A DNA stretch of 64,000 nucleotides from Muribaculaceae bacterium. GTDB lineage: Bacteria; Bacteroidota; Bacteroidia; Bacteroidales; Muribaculaceae. Positions 50,332 through 59,436 of the stretch are shown here, one piece after another. Under the pieces are notes generated by a model that made no database searches, was not told the origin of the DNA, and was given only the letters and a program-made list of their open reading frames with translations. The position numbers were made by a program, and so were the translations under genes. How positions within the stretch are numbered: the stretch's first letter is position 1; every line of letters begins with the position of its first letter. Location of the stretch: positions 3,232 through 67,231 of the forward strand of contig JAGAUN010000047.1 of NCBI GenBank assembly GCA_017620715.1, in the 5' to 3' direction.

Positions 50332-51578
50332 GGCTCTGCGAGTTTGGTCGATTCAGCCCGGATTACGGCGTTGGCTGCCTCGCGCAGCTGCTTCTCGAGG
50401 TTGGGAATGCGGCTTTCGAGTGAGAGAATTGAGGGCGCTGCCGAGGTGTCGCCGTTGGCAAAGTTGACCCTCAGTGTGGCAAGTTCGGCCTGAGCGTCGT
50501 CGAGCTGTTGCTTTATGCCGAGGTAGCGGCCCAGTGCATCCATTCCCATTTGGGTTGTAATCTGGCTGCTTGATGTGATTATTCCCACTCCGGGTACTTC
50601 GATTGAGTAGGTGGTTGTGCGGCCGGTGTGGTTTGCGGGCAATTGCGCATTGCCGGGCTCACGGTATGCTTTCATGAACAGGGAGTCGGCAACTCCGGCC
50701 GCCGCAGCTACCGATGTGATGCGCGCCATGTCGGCCAATTCGGGAGCATCGGCCGGATAGTTCTTGCGCATATCATTGACTCTGAACATATAGAGCGTTA
50801 CCGAATCGGCTATCTGGTTGCGGTCGGTAACCCAGAAGCCGTAGCCGCTGTATTCGTCGATAGCCATCATATAGTCGTTGAAAGGCGAGTTGTAGGGCAT
50901 ACCGAGGTTCTGCGGCTGAAGAAAATCGTCGCCGTTGTTACGCGACATGAATATGTCGAGTCCGCCGAGCGAGCCATCGCCATCGGCTGCAAAATAAAGC
51001 GTTATGCCGTCGGGCATGAGGTAGGGGAAATCTACACGATTGCCTATATGTAGCTCGCTGCCCAGATCGGCCGGTGGTTCGAGTGACCCGTCGACAAGCC
51101 GATATCCGGTAACGAGATGCGATGTTCTGGCCTCACCGGGCGCTGACCAGATGAAACGGCGCCCGTCGGCTGTGGCAAACGCTCCCGATTCCGTGGCAAA
51201 CGTCGATGGCAATGTAGCCGAAGTGGGTGCGAAAAGACGGCCTGACTCGGGGCTAAGGGGCAAAAGACTCATCAGATTGCTGAGCGGCAGTGTGACACTG
51301 TCGATGATAGCTACCTGCTCCACACGGCCCATCATATTGGTGCCGAGTTCGGCGCGGCGGCGAAGGTCTGAGGCCTCGGGGGTGTCAATATCGGTCAAGG
51401 TGGCAAGTGCCTCGTCGAACTGATAGGCATCGAATTCGGCCTGTGCCTTTGCAATCAGCTGCTCAGGCGTAGGCTTGGCCGGTTGCTGCTTTTTCTTTGC
51501 TCTGGGTTTGGCTGCTTCAGCGCCAAAGGCCACGCAGAGAGCTACTGAGAGTATGAGTAGAAATCGTGTTAATCGCAT
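50328..51578 (-). CDS. Exported protein with TPR-like helices, PD40-type repeats and C-terminal coiled coil
   Basis: Signal peptide; FPYLMPDGITLYFA, GGLDIF, NLGMPYNSPFND. Confidence 0.75.
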   Translation of the reverse strand: MRLTRFLLILSVALCVAFGAEAAKPRAKKKQQPAKPTPEQLIAKAQAEFDAYQFDEALATLTDIDTPEASDLRRRAELGTNMMGRVEQVAIIDSVTLPLSNLMSLLPLSPESGRLFAPTSATLPSTFATESGAFATADGRRFIWSAPGEARTSHLVTGYRLVDGSLEPPADLGSELHIGNRVDFPYLMPDGITLYFAADGDGSLGGLDIFMSRNNGDDFLQPQNLGMPYNSPFNDYMMAIDEYSGYGFWVTDRNQIADSVTLYMFRVNDMRKNYPADAPELADMARITSVAAAAGVADSLFMKAYREPGNAQLPANHTGRTTTYSIEVPGVGIITSSSQITTQMGMDALGRYLGIKQQLDDAQAELATLRVNFANGDTSAAPSILSLESRIPNLEKQLREAANAVIRAESTKLAEP

Positions 51579-51602
51579 GAGGTAAAGGTAGTGATTTCAT
51601 TT

Positions 51603-52970
51603 TTATTTGGCAACAGCCAATATAAATATGGGTTGGTATTCGAGAGTGCGTATGCCGGAGCGCAGCAGTCGGCGTATCGACGATGTGGCCGGTGTCGAAG
51701 CGTTGACCCCGGTAAGGCTTATATGGCGTGCGAGTTGGTGTGAGTCGGCAAATTCCAGACGGTGAGTCTTGCGGACGATTTTCGATATGCTGAAATGTGG
51801 CGAAAGTATTTTGTGCCATTGTGCCACGCTGTAGTAGCGGGGCTTGAAGCCAGCTGTAAAATCGCGTATCGACGCATAGGTGTCGGGGCCGTACGTTACC
51901 ACTGCCAGCACTCCGCCGGGGCGCAGCGCGCGGGCGCATTCCTCCATAAAGCGAGGAGGGGAGTCGAACCATTGTATAACCGATGCGGCTGCAATGAGCG
52001 ACATGCTGCCGGGGGCCAGGCGTTTTATCTCCGTTTCGGCATCGCACTGAAGATGATTTCCCGGCAAGTCATCGGGTATGGGCGTCAGATCCCAAAGGGT
52101 AAGCTCCGAAGTGGGAATGCATTGCTGAAGGAGGCGCGTGAAGAGGCCGCTGCCGCTGCCAATCTCCAGTACAGGCCCGGGAGGCGGAGCACATTCTCCT
52201 ATCATTTTGGCCAGCTCGGCAGCCGATAGCTGTTGCACACGGGCGTGCGACTCGTAGGTGCCGGCTGTCTGTGCGAAACGGCGTGTGAGGTAGTGTTTGT
52301 TGGCTATCTCGTTAGATACGATTTGCGCGAAGTCGGGGAGGTGACTCCAGTCGGTGACGCGCACGCAGTGATGGGCGCCCCATGCGCGCCGTTGTGACTC
52401 AGCGGGAATTATCATGTCGTGCTGCGACAAGTATACGATATCCCAGATACCTGACGATATGTTACCGGCCGAAAGGCTACCAAGATACTTGAGTTCCGCA
52501 CGCAAAGAATCGACGGAGCGCTGAGGAAGCATCTCTTCGCAATAGCGCTTATATGCTTCGGCCGAGCCGCACATACGCCTTTGGAACTTCTGCAGGGTCA
52601 GTTCGCTCAGTCGCTCTAAGGTGCCTTGAAATATGGCGGGCAATATGCCGGTGAGAGCGTCGACCGGCGTATGGGTGCCGTTTACGGCAATTCGCACCGA
52701 GAAAGGCAAGTGCTTATGGGCATGCATGAATATCGCAGCCGCAGCCACTCCGTATGACCATGCCAGCACCATTATCTCGCCATATTGCGAGATGCGGCTG
52801 AGGTCGGCATCAGTCATACCCTCCGCCAAATAGTCGTAGGCTACAGCCACATGGAAGTCGGCCCGCTCTATTTTTCGGGCTATCGAGGCATCGGAGCCCC
52901 AGCCTGCAAAAATGAGCAGTAGGCGTTGGCTCGGTTCCGTGCAGTGGTATGGGAGGAATTCAACTTTCAT
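51603..52970 (-). CDS. Fused pimeloyl-ACP methyl esterase BioG (DUF452) / malonyl-ACP methyltransferase BioC
   Basis: N-terminal FAGWG, AWSYG, AVNGT, D.IIP..Q; C-terminal F....TY...A.VQ, LEIGSGSG, IQWF, LRPGG. Confidence 0.88.
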   Translation of the reverse strand: MKVEFLPYHCTEPSQRLLLIFAGWGSDASIARKIERADFHVAVAYDYLAEGMTDADLSRISQYGEIMVLAWSYGVAAAAIFMHAHKHLPFSVRIAVNGTHTPVDALTGILPAIFQGTLERLSELTLQKFQRRMCGSAEAYKRYCEEMLPQRSVDSLRAELKYLGSLSAGNISSGIWDIVYLSQHDMIIPAESQRRAWGAHHCVRVTDWSHLPDFAQIVSNEIANKHYLTRRFAQTAGTYESHARVQQLSAAELAKMIGECAPPPGPVLEIGSGSGLFTRLLQQCIPTSELTLWDLTPIPDDLPGNHLQCDAETEIKRLAPGSMSLIAAASVIQWFDSPPRFMEECARALRPGGVLAVVTYGPDTYASIRDFTAGFKPRYYSVAQWHKILSPHFSISKIVRKTHRLEFADSHQLARHISLTGVNASTPATSSIRRLLRSGIRTLEYQPIFILAVAK

Positions 52971-54091
52971 TGCAGTGTAAGTAATGCGTCGACCAGACTG
53001 CGCACCTCGTTATCGGTAAGCGATGCGCTGAGGCTAAGGCGCAGACGTTCGGTGCCCGGCGGCACGGTGGGAGTGCGTATGGGTAGTACCTTGAACCCTT
53101 TGGCTTCCATGCTTTCAGACCATTGCAGTGCCCGCTGTGCGCTATACGCTATCACCGGAACGATGTGGCTTGGCTGCGGTAGCTTGAGGGCCGCAGCGAT
53201 TACCCGGCAGTGGCGCTTAAGGCACTCACGTTCGGAGTCCATGCCAATTATTTTGTCAATCACAAAGCGGCTCCAACGGCAGCTCACGGGTGGCAGCGCA
53301 GTAGAAAAGATGAGGCTGCGACAACGATTTATGGCAAACCGGCGCACCTTGTCGGAACAGATGCAGTAGGCGCCCATCGAGGCGAGTGCCTTGCCCATAG
53401 TGCCTATGATAATATCTATTTCGTCGAAAGCGGGGTGGCTGTAGCAGAGACCAAGCCCTCCTTCGCCGCAGACACCCACGGCATGGGCCTCGTCGACGTA
53501 TAATACAACGGAGGGATAGCGGCGCTTAAGTTCTATGAGGCGGTCGAGATTGGTGCGGTCGCCGTCCATGCTGTATACCGATTCCGTCACCACTATGATA
53601 TTGGAATATGACGCGGATTCCTTTTCGAGAATGCGCTGCAAGTGGTCAAAATTGTTGTGCGCAAACCGCCGTGAGGGAGCGTCAGCTAATTTCATGCCGT
53701 CGATAATGCTGGCGTGCACAAGTTTGTCGGCCACGATGAGCGTTGAGGGCAGTGAACCCAGTGCCGCAATCATGCCGGTGTTGGCGTGGTAGCCGCTGTT
53801 GAAGAGCAGAGCGGCACGCCGGCAGTATAGCTCCGAGAGTCTGTTCTCGAGCAACCGATATTCGTGGGGATGAGCACAGAGCAGCCGCGAAGCCGACGAT
53901 GTGAAGGGATTGCCATTGTCGGGCAGATTGTCGGCAAGAAATTCTTCGATGAAATCTGAGCGTCGAGCAATGCCGAGATAGTCGTTGGTGGTGAGGTCGA
54001 CCAACTCCGGGCTGCAAGGTTCCGGAAGAGTGCGGTAGTTGCCGCTTTGGGTAAGCCCGTTGAGAATCGTGTCGATTGAATCGTGTAACAT
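52967..54091 (-). CDS. bioF: 8-amino-7-oxononanoate synthase
   Basis: NDYLG, NSGYHAN, HASIIDG, SVYSMDGD, VDEAH, GTMGKA, IRTPTVP. Confidence 0.95.
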   Translation of the reverse strand: MLHDSIDTILNGLTQSGNYRTLPEPCSPELVDLTTNDYLGIARRSDFIEEFLADNLPDNGNPFTSSASRLLCAHPHEYRLLENRLSELYCRRAALLFNSGYHANTGMIAALGSLPSTLIVADKLVHASIIDGMKLADAPSRRFAHNNFDHLQRILEKESASYSNIIVVTESVYSMDGDRTNLDRLIELKRRYPSVVLYVDEAHAVGVCGEGGLGLCYSHPAFDEIDIIIGTMGKALASMGAYCICSDKVRRFAINRCRSLIFSTALPPVSCRWSRFVIDKIIGMDSERECLKRHCRVIAAALKLPQPSHIVPVIAYSAQRALQWSESMEAKGFKVLPIRTPTVPPGTERLRLSLSASLTDNEVRSLVDALLTLQ

Positions 54092-55398
54092 CACTCAGGC
54101 TTTATTATTTCAAGCATATTGGTAACGAGATATTCGAGGTCGGCATCGGCAATCACATAGGGTGGCATCACGTACACATTGCAGCCGAAGGGACGCACCC
54201 ATATACCGCGCTCCACACATTGCCGCTGGAATGCGGCTACGTCGACCGGCTCCTGCATCTCAACCACTCCTATTGTGCCGAGCACTCTCACGTCGGCAAC
54301 GTTGCTGAAATGTGCCGCGGGCGCCAACAGTTCGCGTAGACGTTTTTCGATATGTGCTATGCGCTCGGCCATTGGCTGCTCATTGAGCATGCGCAATGAT
54401 TCCACTGCTATGGCGCAGGCAAGCGGATTGGCCATAAATGTCGGGCCGTGCATCATCACGCCCGCTTCTCCTCGCGATATGGTGTCGGCCACATCCTGTG
54501 TGGTCAGAACGGCCGACATGGTGAGGTAGCCCGCCGTGAGCGCTTTGCCTATGAGCATTATGTCGGGTGATACGCCGGCATGTTCGCAGGCAAAAAACCG
54601 GCCTGTACGCCAGAACCCGGTGGCTATCTCGTCGAAAATCAGGTATAGTCCGTAGCGGTCGCACAATTTGCGGAGCTCCCGCAGATATTCGGGATGGTAA
54701 AACCACATGCCGCCGGCCCCCTGTACAATCGGCTCCAATATTACACCGGCAAGTTCGTCGCTATGCTCACGTATTATCTGCTCCATTGGCTCGATATCGG
54801 CGGGATTCCACTCTCCGCCGAAACGGCTGCGGGGCTGCGGGGCAAAATACCGTATAGGCAATGAAGATCCGAAAGCGCCGTGCATGCCGGTGACGGGGTC
54901 GCACACCGACATCGCGTTCCAAGTGTCACCATGGTAACCCGAGCGTATGGTGGCGAAATTGGTGCGACGGTGCGAGCCGTGGCGTGATATTGCCGCCTGT
55001 ATGGCCATTTTCATTCCCACCTCAGTTGCCACCGAGCCTGAATCGGCATAAAAGATATTGTGTATCGGTGTTGGTGCCTTGTCGAGGAGCATCTGCCCGA
55101 GCTCAATGGCTGGAGCGTGGGTAAGGCCGCCGAACATTACATGGCTCATGCTCGACAGCTGCCGTTGGGCCGCGGCGTTGAGACGGGGCACATTGTAACC
55201 GTGTATCACGCACCACCACGACGACATGCCGTCGATGAGCTCGCGCCCGTCGCAAAGACGCAGGCGTACACCGGAGGCGGAGTCAACCTTATAAGTGGGC
55301 AAAGGTGATATGGTAGATGTGTATGGATGCCACAGATGCTCACGGTCCCAGGAGTCGGACAGATGAGCTAACTGCAGGTCGCTATTGTTGGATTTCAT
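54091..55398 (-). CDS. bioA: DAPA aminotransferase
   Basis: [57 protein letters not shown]. Start placed downstream of the -7 box at 55426-55433. Confidence 0.96.
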   Translation of the reverse strand: MKSNNSDLQLAHLSDSWDREHLWHPYTSTISPLPTYKVDSASGVRLRLCDGRELIDGMSSWWCVIHGYNVPRLNAAAQRQLSSMSHVMFGGLTHAPAIELGQMLLDKAPTPIHNIFYADSGSVATEVGMKMAIQAAISRHGSHRRTNFATIRSGYHGDTWNAMSVCDPVTGMHGAFGSSLPIRYFAPQPRSRFGGEWNPADIEPMEQIIREHSDELAGVILEPIVQGAGGMWFYHPEYLRELRKLCDRYGLYLIFDEIATGFWRTGRFFACEHAGVSPDIMLIGKALTAGYLTMSAVLTTQDVADTISRGEAGVMMHGPTFMANPLACAIAVESLRMLNEQPMAERIAHIEKRLRELLAPAAHFSNVADVRVLGTIGVVEMQEPVDVAAFQRQCVERGIWVRPFGCNVYVMPPYVIADADLEYLVTNMLEIIKPE

Positions 55399-55517
55399 CG
55401 CGGTATCTTCTTGACTATTGAGATGCAAATTTACGAAAAAAATCTCTCACTATGTTTGCACGTAAAGTGTTCCTTATGGAGTTCTCTGTATCACTTACGC
55501 AGGTGTATATACAAACG

Positions 55518-55545
55518 GAAAGACGACTCCGGGGAGCCGTCTTTC
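55518..55545 (-). terminator. Terminator downstream of tonB
   Basis: Minus strand gaaagacggctc-cccg-gagtcgtctttc followed by cgtttgtat. Confidence 0.7.
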
Positions 55546-55587
55546 AGAGAGTATGTTAAAGAGTATTTGTTTCTCTTCTTGCAGGTA

Positions 55588-56442
55588 TTACTGCTGGAGC
55601 TTGAAGGTGATAGGAAGTGTATACCATACGTTTACCGGGATACCGTTCTGTTTGCCGGGGGTAAACTTGGGCAGTGACTTCACCACGCGTACAGCCTCTT
55701 TGTCGAGGTCGGGGTCTTTCGAGCGGGCTACCTTCACCTGACCTACGCTACCGTCTTTGGTTACGACAAACATTACCACTACGCGGCCCTGTATGCCATT
55801 TTCCTGACAGATGGTAGGATATTTGATGTGCTCCGATACCCATTTCAGAAGGGCGGTTTCGCCACCGGGGAAATAGGGCATCTGCTCTACGTGGTCAAAT
55901 ACCTTGTGATCGTCGACCTTCGGAGGTTCGGGCTTGGGTATCTCTACCTGCACTTTGGTCTCGTGTGCCTTGGCATCGATAATGTTGTCGGAGCCGCCTG
56001 TCTGGTCAACTGAGCCTACAGCACGGTCGTCGGCCTGCTGCTCATCGACTGCTGCCGGAGGAGTGGTTACTTTATCGGGAGGCACGATTTCGAGCTCTGT
56101 TACCGCCTGTGTGTTGAGAATTTCTTCTTTGGGCACTTCGGGTATTTCGGGTTCGATATATTCGGGCTCGTCGATTTCCTCTTCCTGCTGGTCGTCAGCA
56201 AATTCTTCGAATGCGGCCTGCTCAACACCGGTATTCGCTACATCCTCTTCCTCTTTGGCTATGGTGTTAACCACCAGAGTTACAAGGAAGCAAGCGATGA
56301 TAAATATCACCACGGCTATCATAGCCCAGTTGTGACGCTTGATGCTGCCTTCGCGAAGTTCGTAGGCACCAAATTCTTTGTTTTTGCCTTCAAAAACGAG
56401 GTCGCGCCATTCTTTTGATGAAAGATCTACATCTTTTGCCAT
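55588..56442 (-). CDS. tonB: TonB energy transducer
   Basis: Bacteroidales LVFEGKNKEFGAYELR N-terminus, TM, acidic/Pro linker, YP..GIQGRV.V.FVV, LPITF. Confidence 0.93.
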   Translation of the reverse strand: MAKDVDLSSKEWRDLVFEGKNKEFGAYELREGSIKRHNWAMIAVVIFIIACFLVTLVVNTIAKEEEDVANTGVEQAAFEEFADDQQEEEIDEPEYIEPEIPEVPKEEILNTQAVTELEIVPPDKVTTPPAAVDEQQADDRAVGSVDQTGGSDNIIDAKAHETKVQVEIPKPEPPKVDDHKVFDHVEQMPYFPGGETALLKWVSEHIKYPTICQENGIQGRVVVMFVVTKDGSVGQVKVARSKDPDLDKEAVRVVKSLPKFTPGKQNGIPVNVWYTLPITFKLQQ

Positions 56443-56483
56443 AATTCTTTCTAAGTTTCAGGTTAATATATATCTTTCGTCAA

Positions 56484-57209
56484 TTAATTCTGAGGCTTGA
56501 GGTTAAGCATGAGAGAATCCACATGATTGAGGTTTTCAAGCTGGTAGTGCGAGATTTCAGAAATACTCATCTCGTCAAGGGCGCTAATCACGCTTTCCCA
56601 TGAGGCTTGCGGAGTAGCTTTGATCATTACGATAGGCCAGTTGAGGTCTTCCTGGTTGCGGACTTTGGCAGCAGCCTCGTCGTAGAGACGCTGGTTTTCG
56701 TCTTTATCCTGCGAGAACTCTTTGTTGCGCCACTGCTCTTTGAGCTTGGCTATCTCGGCCAATACATTTTTGTTGCGATCGTAGAGAATCTGGCGAATAC
56801 CGCGGGGCACATTGTTCTCGTTGCCGAGGAATGCTTCGGTCTGAAGCTGGCCCGGTACGGGGTTGCCTGCAGCGTCGAGTTCGGGCTGGCCCATATAGTA
56901 GTAGATGATATTTTTCATCTTGCCGTCGGCGTCTACTTTGGGATTGCCGTTGTCGTCGCGTTCGGTATCAAGGAGCAAGGTGATAGCCTTGTCGGACGAT
57001 GCCTGCTGCTTATTCTCTTTCTGTACTTTTTCGTTGGTAGGGAGTACTATCTTCAAAGTCTGTGATTTCAACATTGTGGTACACAGCATGAAGAAAGTAA
57101 TCAGAAGCATGTTCATATCCACCATGGGGGTGAAGTCCACGTGAATAGGCATCTTCTTTTGGGCGCCTTTTTTCTTTTTGCCCTTATCTGATTGTTCAAT
57201 CTGTGCCAT
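56484..57209 (-). CDS. exbD: ExbD/TolR family protein
   Basis: VDFTPMVDMNMLLITFFM, IKA....W..VI..LDEM. Confidence 0.9.
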   Translation of the reverse strand: MAQIEQSDKGKKKKGAQKKMPIHVDFTPMVDMNMLLITFFMLCTTMLKSQTLKIVLPTNEKVQKENKQQASSDKAITLLLDTERDDNGNPKVDADGKMKNIIYYYMGQPELDAAGNPVPGQLQTEAFLGNENNVPRGIRQILYDRNKNVLAEIAKLKEQWRNKEFSQDKDENQRLYDEAAAKVRNQEDLNWPIVMIKATPQASWESVISALDEMSISEISHYQLENLNHVDSLMLNLKPQN

Positions 57210-57214
57210 AATGT

Positions 57215-58045
57215 TTATTGATCTTGAGATTTGAGTGCAGTCATAAGTGTGAACTTATTCATGCGGATAGTCTGGAGGTTATCCAAAACGGGGTGAATAG
57301 TGGCAAAGGGGGTACGCTTGTCGGCTTTCACGGCAATGCCTTCGCCCTTCTTCATAGCTTCATCAAATTTGGGGTAGTCGCGCTGAGCCACTTTCTTGAT
57401 GGCGCGCATCCAAAGCTGGAATTCGTTGAGACCTTTGCCGGCTTCAGGCATGGGGATACCTACGCGAACGTTGTTGCGGTTGGCATTCCAGGCAGCTTTC
57501 TGCTCGGGGGTCATTGCGGCAAATTTGGTGAATGTCTGATCCTGTTCTACTTGCGATAATGCGAGGAATTTCTTTATGTCTTCGATAGGCATACCGAAGT
57601 TGCCTATTTTGGCAAACTGGGCAATGTCGGCGTCGGTGAGGCCGAGCGATGCGGGCGATATGCCTTTAGCCTCGGCGTAGTCCTGAAGCACCTGCTTGAC
57701 TATATCGCGACGGATAGAGTCGGATGCCCATTTTCCCTTTTCAGCCAGGTAATCGCGATCCGAGATGTCGGGGTTCTGCTCCTTCGCATAGATAGCAGAG
57801 GCATCGGGATCGGCTTCACCTGCAACAGAAATAAACACCTCTCCGGTGGGGGAGACAAGAATATTGGTGACGTTGGATGTAGGCACCTTTTGCTCTTGAA
57901 CCGACGATGGGGTCTCGACGATTACGGGTTCTTTCTGAAGGAAAGTTGAGGTCAACATGAAGAAAGTAAGCAAAAGAACAGTCACGTCGCTCATCGCCGT
58001 CATGTCGATGAGGGTGCTCTTTCTTTTAATTTTTACTTTTCCCAT
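57215..58045 (-). CDS. exbD: ExbD/TolR family protein
   Basis: IDMTAMSDVTVLLLTFFML, IAVKADKRTPF. Confidence 0.9.
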   Translation of the reverse strand: MGKVKIKRKSTLIDMTAMSDVTVLLLTFFMLTSTFLQKEPVIVETPSSVQEQKVPTSNVTNILVSPTGEVFISVAGEADPDASAIYAKEQNPDISDRDYLAEKGKWASDSIRRDIVKQVLQDYAEAKGISPASLGLTDADIAQFAKIGNFGMPIEDIKKFLALSQVEQDQTFTKFAAMTPEQKAAWNANRNNVRVGIPMPEAGKGLNEFQLWMRAIKKVAQRDYPKFDEAMKKGEGIAVKADKRTPFATIHPVLDNLQTIRMNKFTLMTALKSQDQ

Positions 58046-58089
58046 ATTACTTTCTTTTACTTGTTAAAAATATAAAGGTGTAATAGGGA

Positions 58090-58989
58090 TTAGTGAGTAG
58101 CGGCAAATGTCTGCACGATTGAGAAACCGATTTCGTCGATAGCGTAGGTCAGGTTGTCAATCTTGTTGGTGTAGAAGTTGTAGGAGATTACTGCGAATGC
58201 ACCGGTTGCGATACCGAAGGCGGTGTTTACAAGAGCCTCGGAGATACCGGTTGAAAGAGCTGACGAGTCAGGAGCACCGCTGTTAGAGAGGGCCTGGAAT
58301 GACTTGATCATACCGATTACAGTACCGAGAAGACCAACGAGAGTACCGAGAGTGGTCATTGTGGCCACGATGGGGAGGTTCTGCTGGAGAGCGGGCATTT
58401 CCAAAGCGGTAGCTTCTTCAACCTCTTTCTGGAGGGTCTGGATTTTCTGCTCTTTGGTGAGAACGGTGTTTTTGTCCATTTCTTCGTAGCGAACGAGAGC
58501 GGCGGCTACTACAGCGGCTACAGAGCCTTTCTGCTGTTTGCAGAGTTTCTGAGCACCGGCGATGTCGTTTTTGGCCAGACAAGCCTTGATATCGGCTACA
58601 AACTTGGTGGTGTTGCCTTTGCCTTTAGCGCTCGAAAGAGCAATCCAACGCTCTACAGAAAGCACGATAACGGTAAGGAAGAGGGTCTGGAGCACAGGTA
58701 CGATGATACCGCCTTTGAAGATGGTACCGATGAGGTTGGTGGGGTGAGCCTTGTCGATGTTCCAAACTGACATGCCCCAGAGGGGAGTCTGTCCTTCAAA
58801 TGATTCGGGATCGAAGTTGCCGGGGGCGCCGAAGAAGAAGAGGAAGAGGCATACGGCTACAACGAAACATACCACGATTACGAGGAATGCGTTTTTGATG
58901 CCGGTTACTTTCTTTGCGGGTTCTGCTTTCTTAGCCTTGGGCTGAGCCTTGGGCTGAGCCTGGGGTTGGGTGGGCTTTGTAGCTTCCAT
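58090..58989 (-). CDS. exbB: ExbB (MotA/TolQ/ExbB) proton channel
   Basis: GTLVGLLGTVIGMI, GISEALVNTAFGI. A -7 box lies at 59224-59231. Confidence 0.93.
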   Translation of the reverse strand: MEATKPTQPQAQPKAQPKAKKAEPAKKVTGIKNAFLVIVVCFVVAVCLFLFFFGAPGNFDPESFEGQTPLWGMSVWNIDKAHPTNLIGTIFKGGIIVPVLQTLFLTVIVLSVERWIALSSAKGKGNTTKFVADIKACLAKNDIAGAQKLCKQQKGSVAAVVAAALVRYEEMDKNTVLTKEQKIQTLQKEVEEATALEMPALQQNLPIVATMTTLGTLVGLLGTVIGMIKSFQALSNSGAPDSSALSTGISEALVNTAFGIATGAFAVISYNFYTNKIDNLTYAIDEIGFSIVQTFAATH

Positions 58990-59436
58990 AACTAATAATT
59001 ACTAATGGTTTTAAATGGATTGATAGTTTATTGGATTAATATTGAGTTTTTGTATGTCGTCTTGCTTTTTAAGGTGTATGTATGTGCGGATTATGGTATT
59101 GGTTTTGAGGTGAAATGGTATTGACTTTAGTGCTTGGTTATGACAGATAGAGCTTTGTGGGAAGATTGGTCATTGGAGCCTGCCCTACCCTTGGGCTGTG
59201 TGTCTGCAGTCTTAAGCTAAATGCAAAAGTATTTATAAAATTTCAACTTCCAAAAAAAAAGACCCGCAAAAAGCGGTTTTTGAGTTTTATTTGGAGTTTT
59301 TTGCCGCGCGGTCTAAATTTTTTGTTGCAGATTCTTAAAAATTATAAATTTTTGATACCTTTGTGGTTAATTCTGCGCCGATGTGCTCTGTCGGGGCCAT
59401 GCCGGTGCGCAGTGTTTGTGCAAATCATTTTACATC

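Noticed and set aside
55461-55499. BirA operator upstream of bioA
   Set aside because: The arms and spacing do not match the TGTAAAC-N14/15-GTTTACA-type consensus.
58933-58968. 12-bp tandem repeat in the exbB 5' end
   Set aside because: It is in frame and simply encodes the QP(K/Q)A low-complexity N-terminal tail; not a phase-variation tract.
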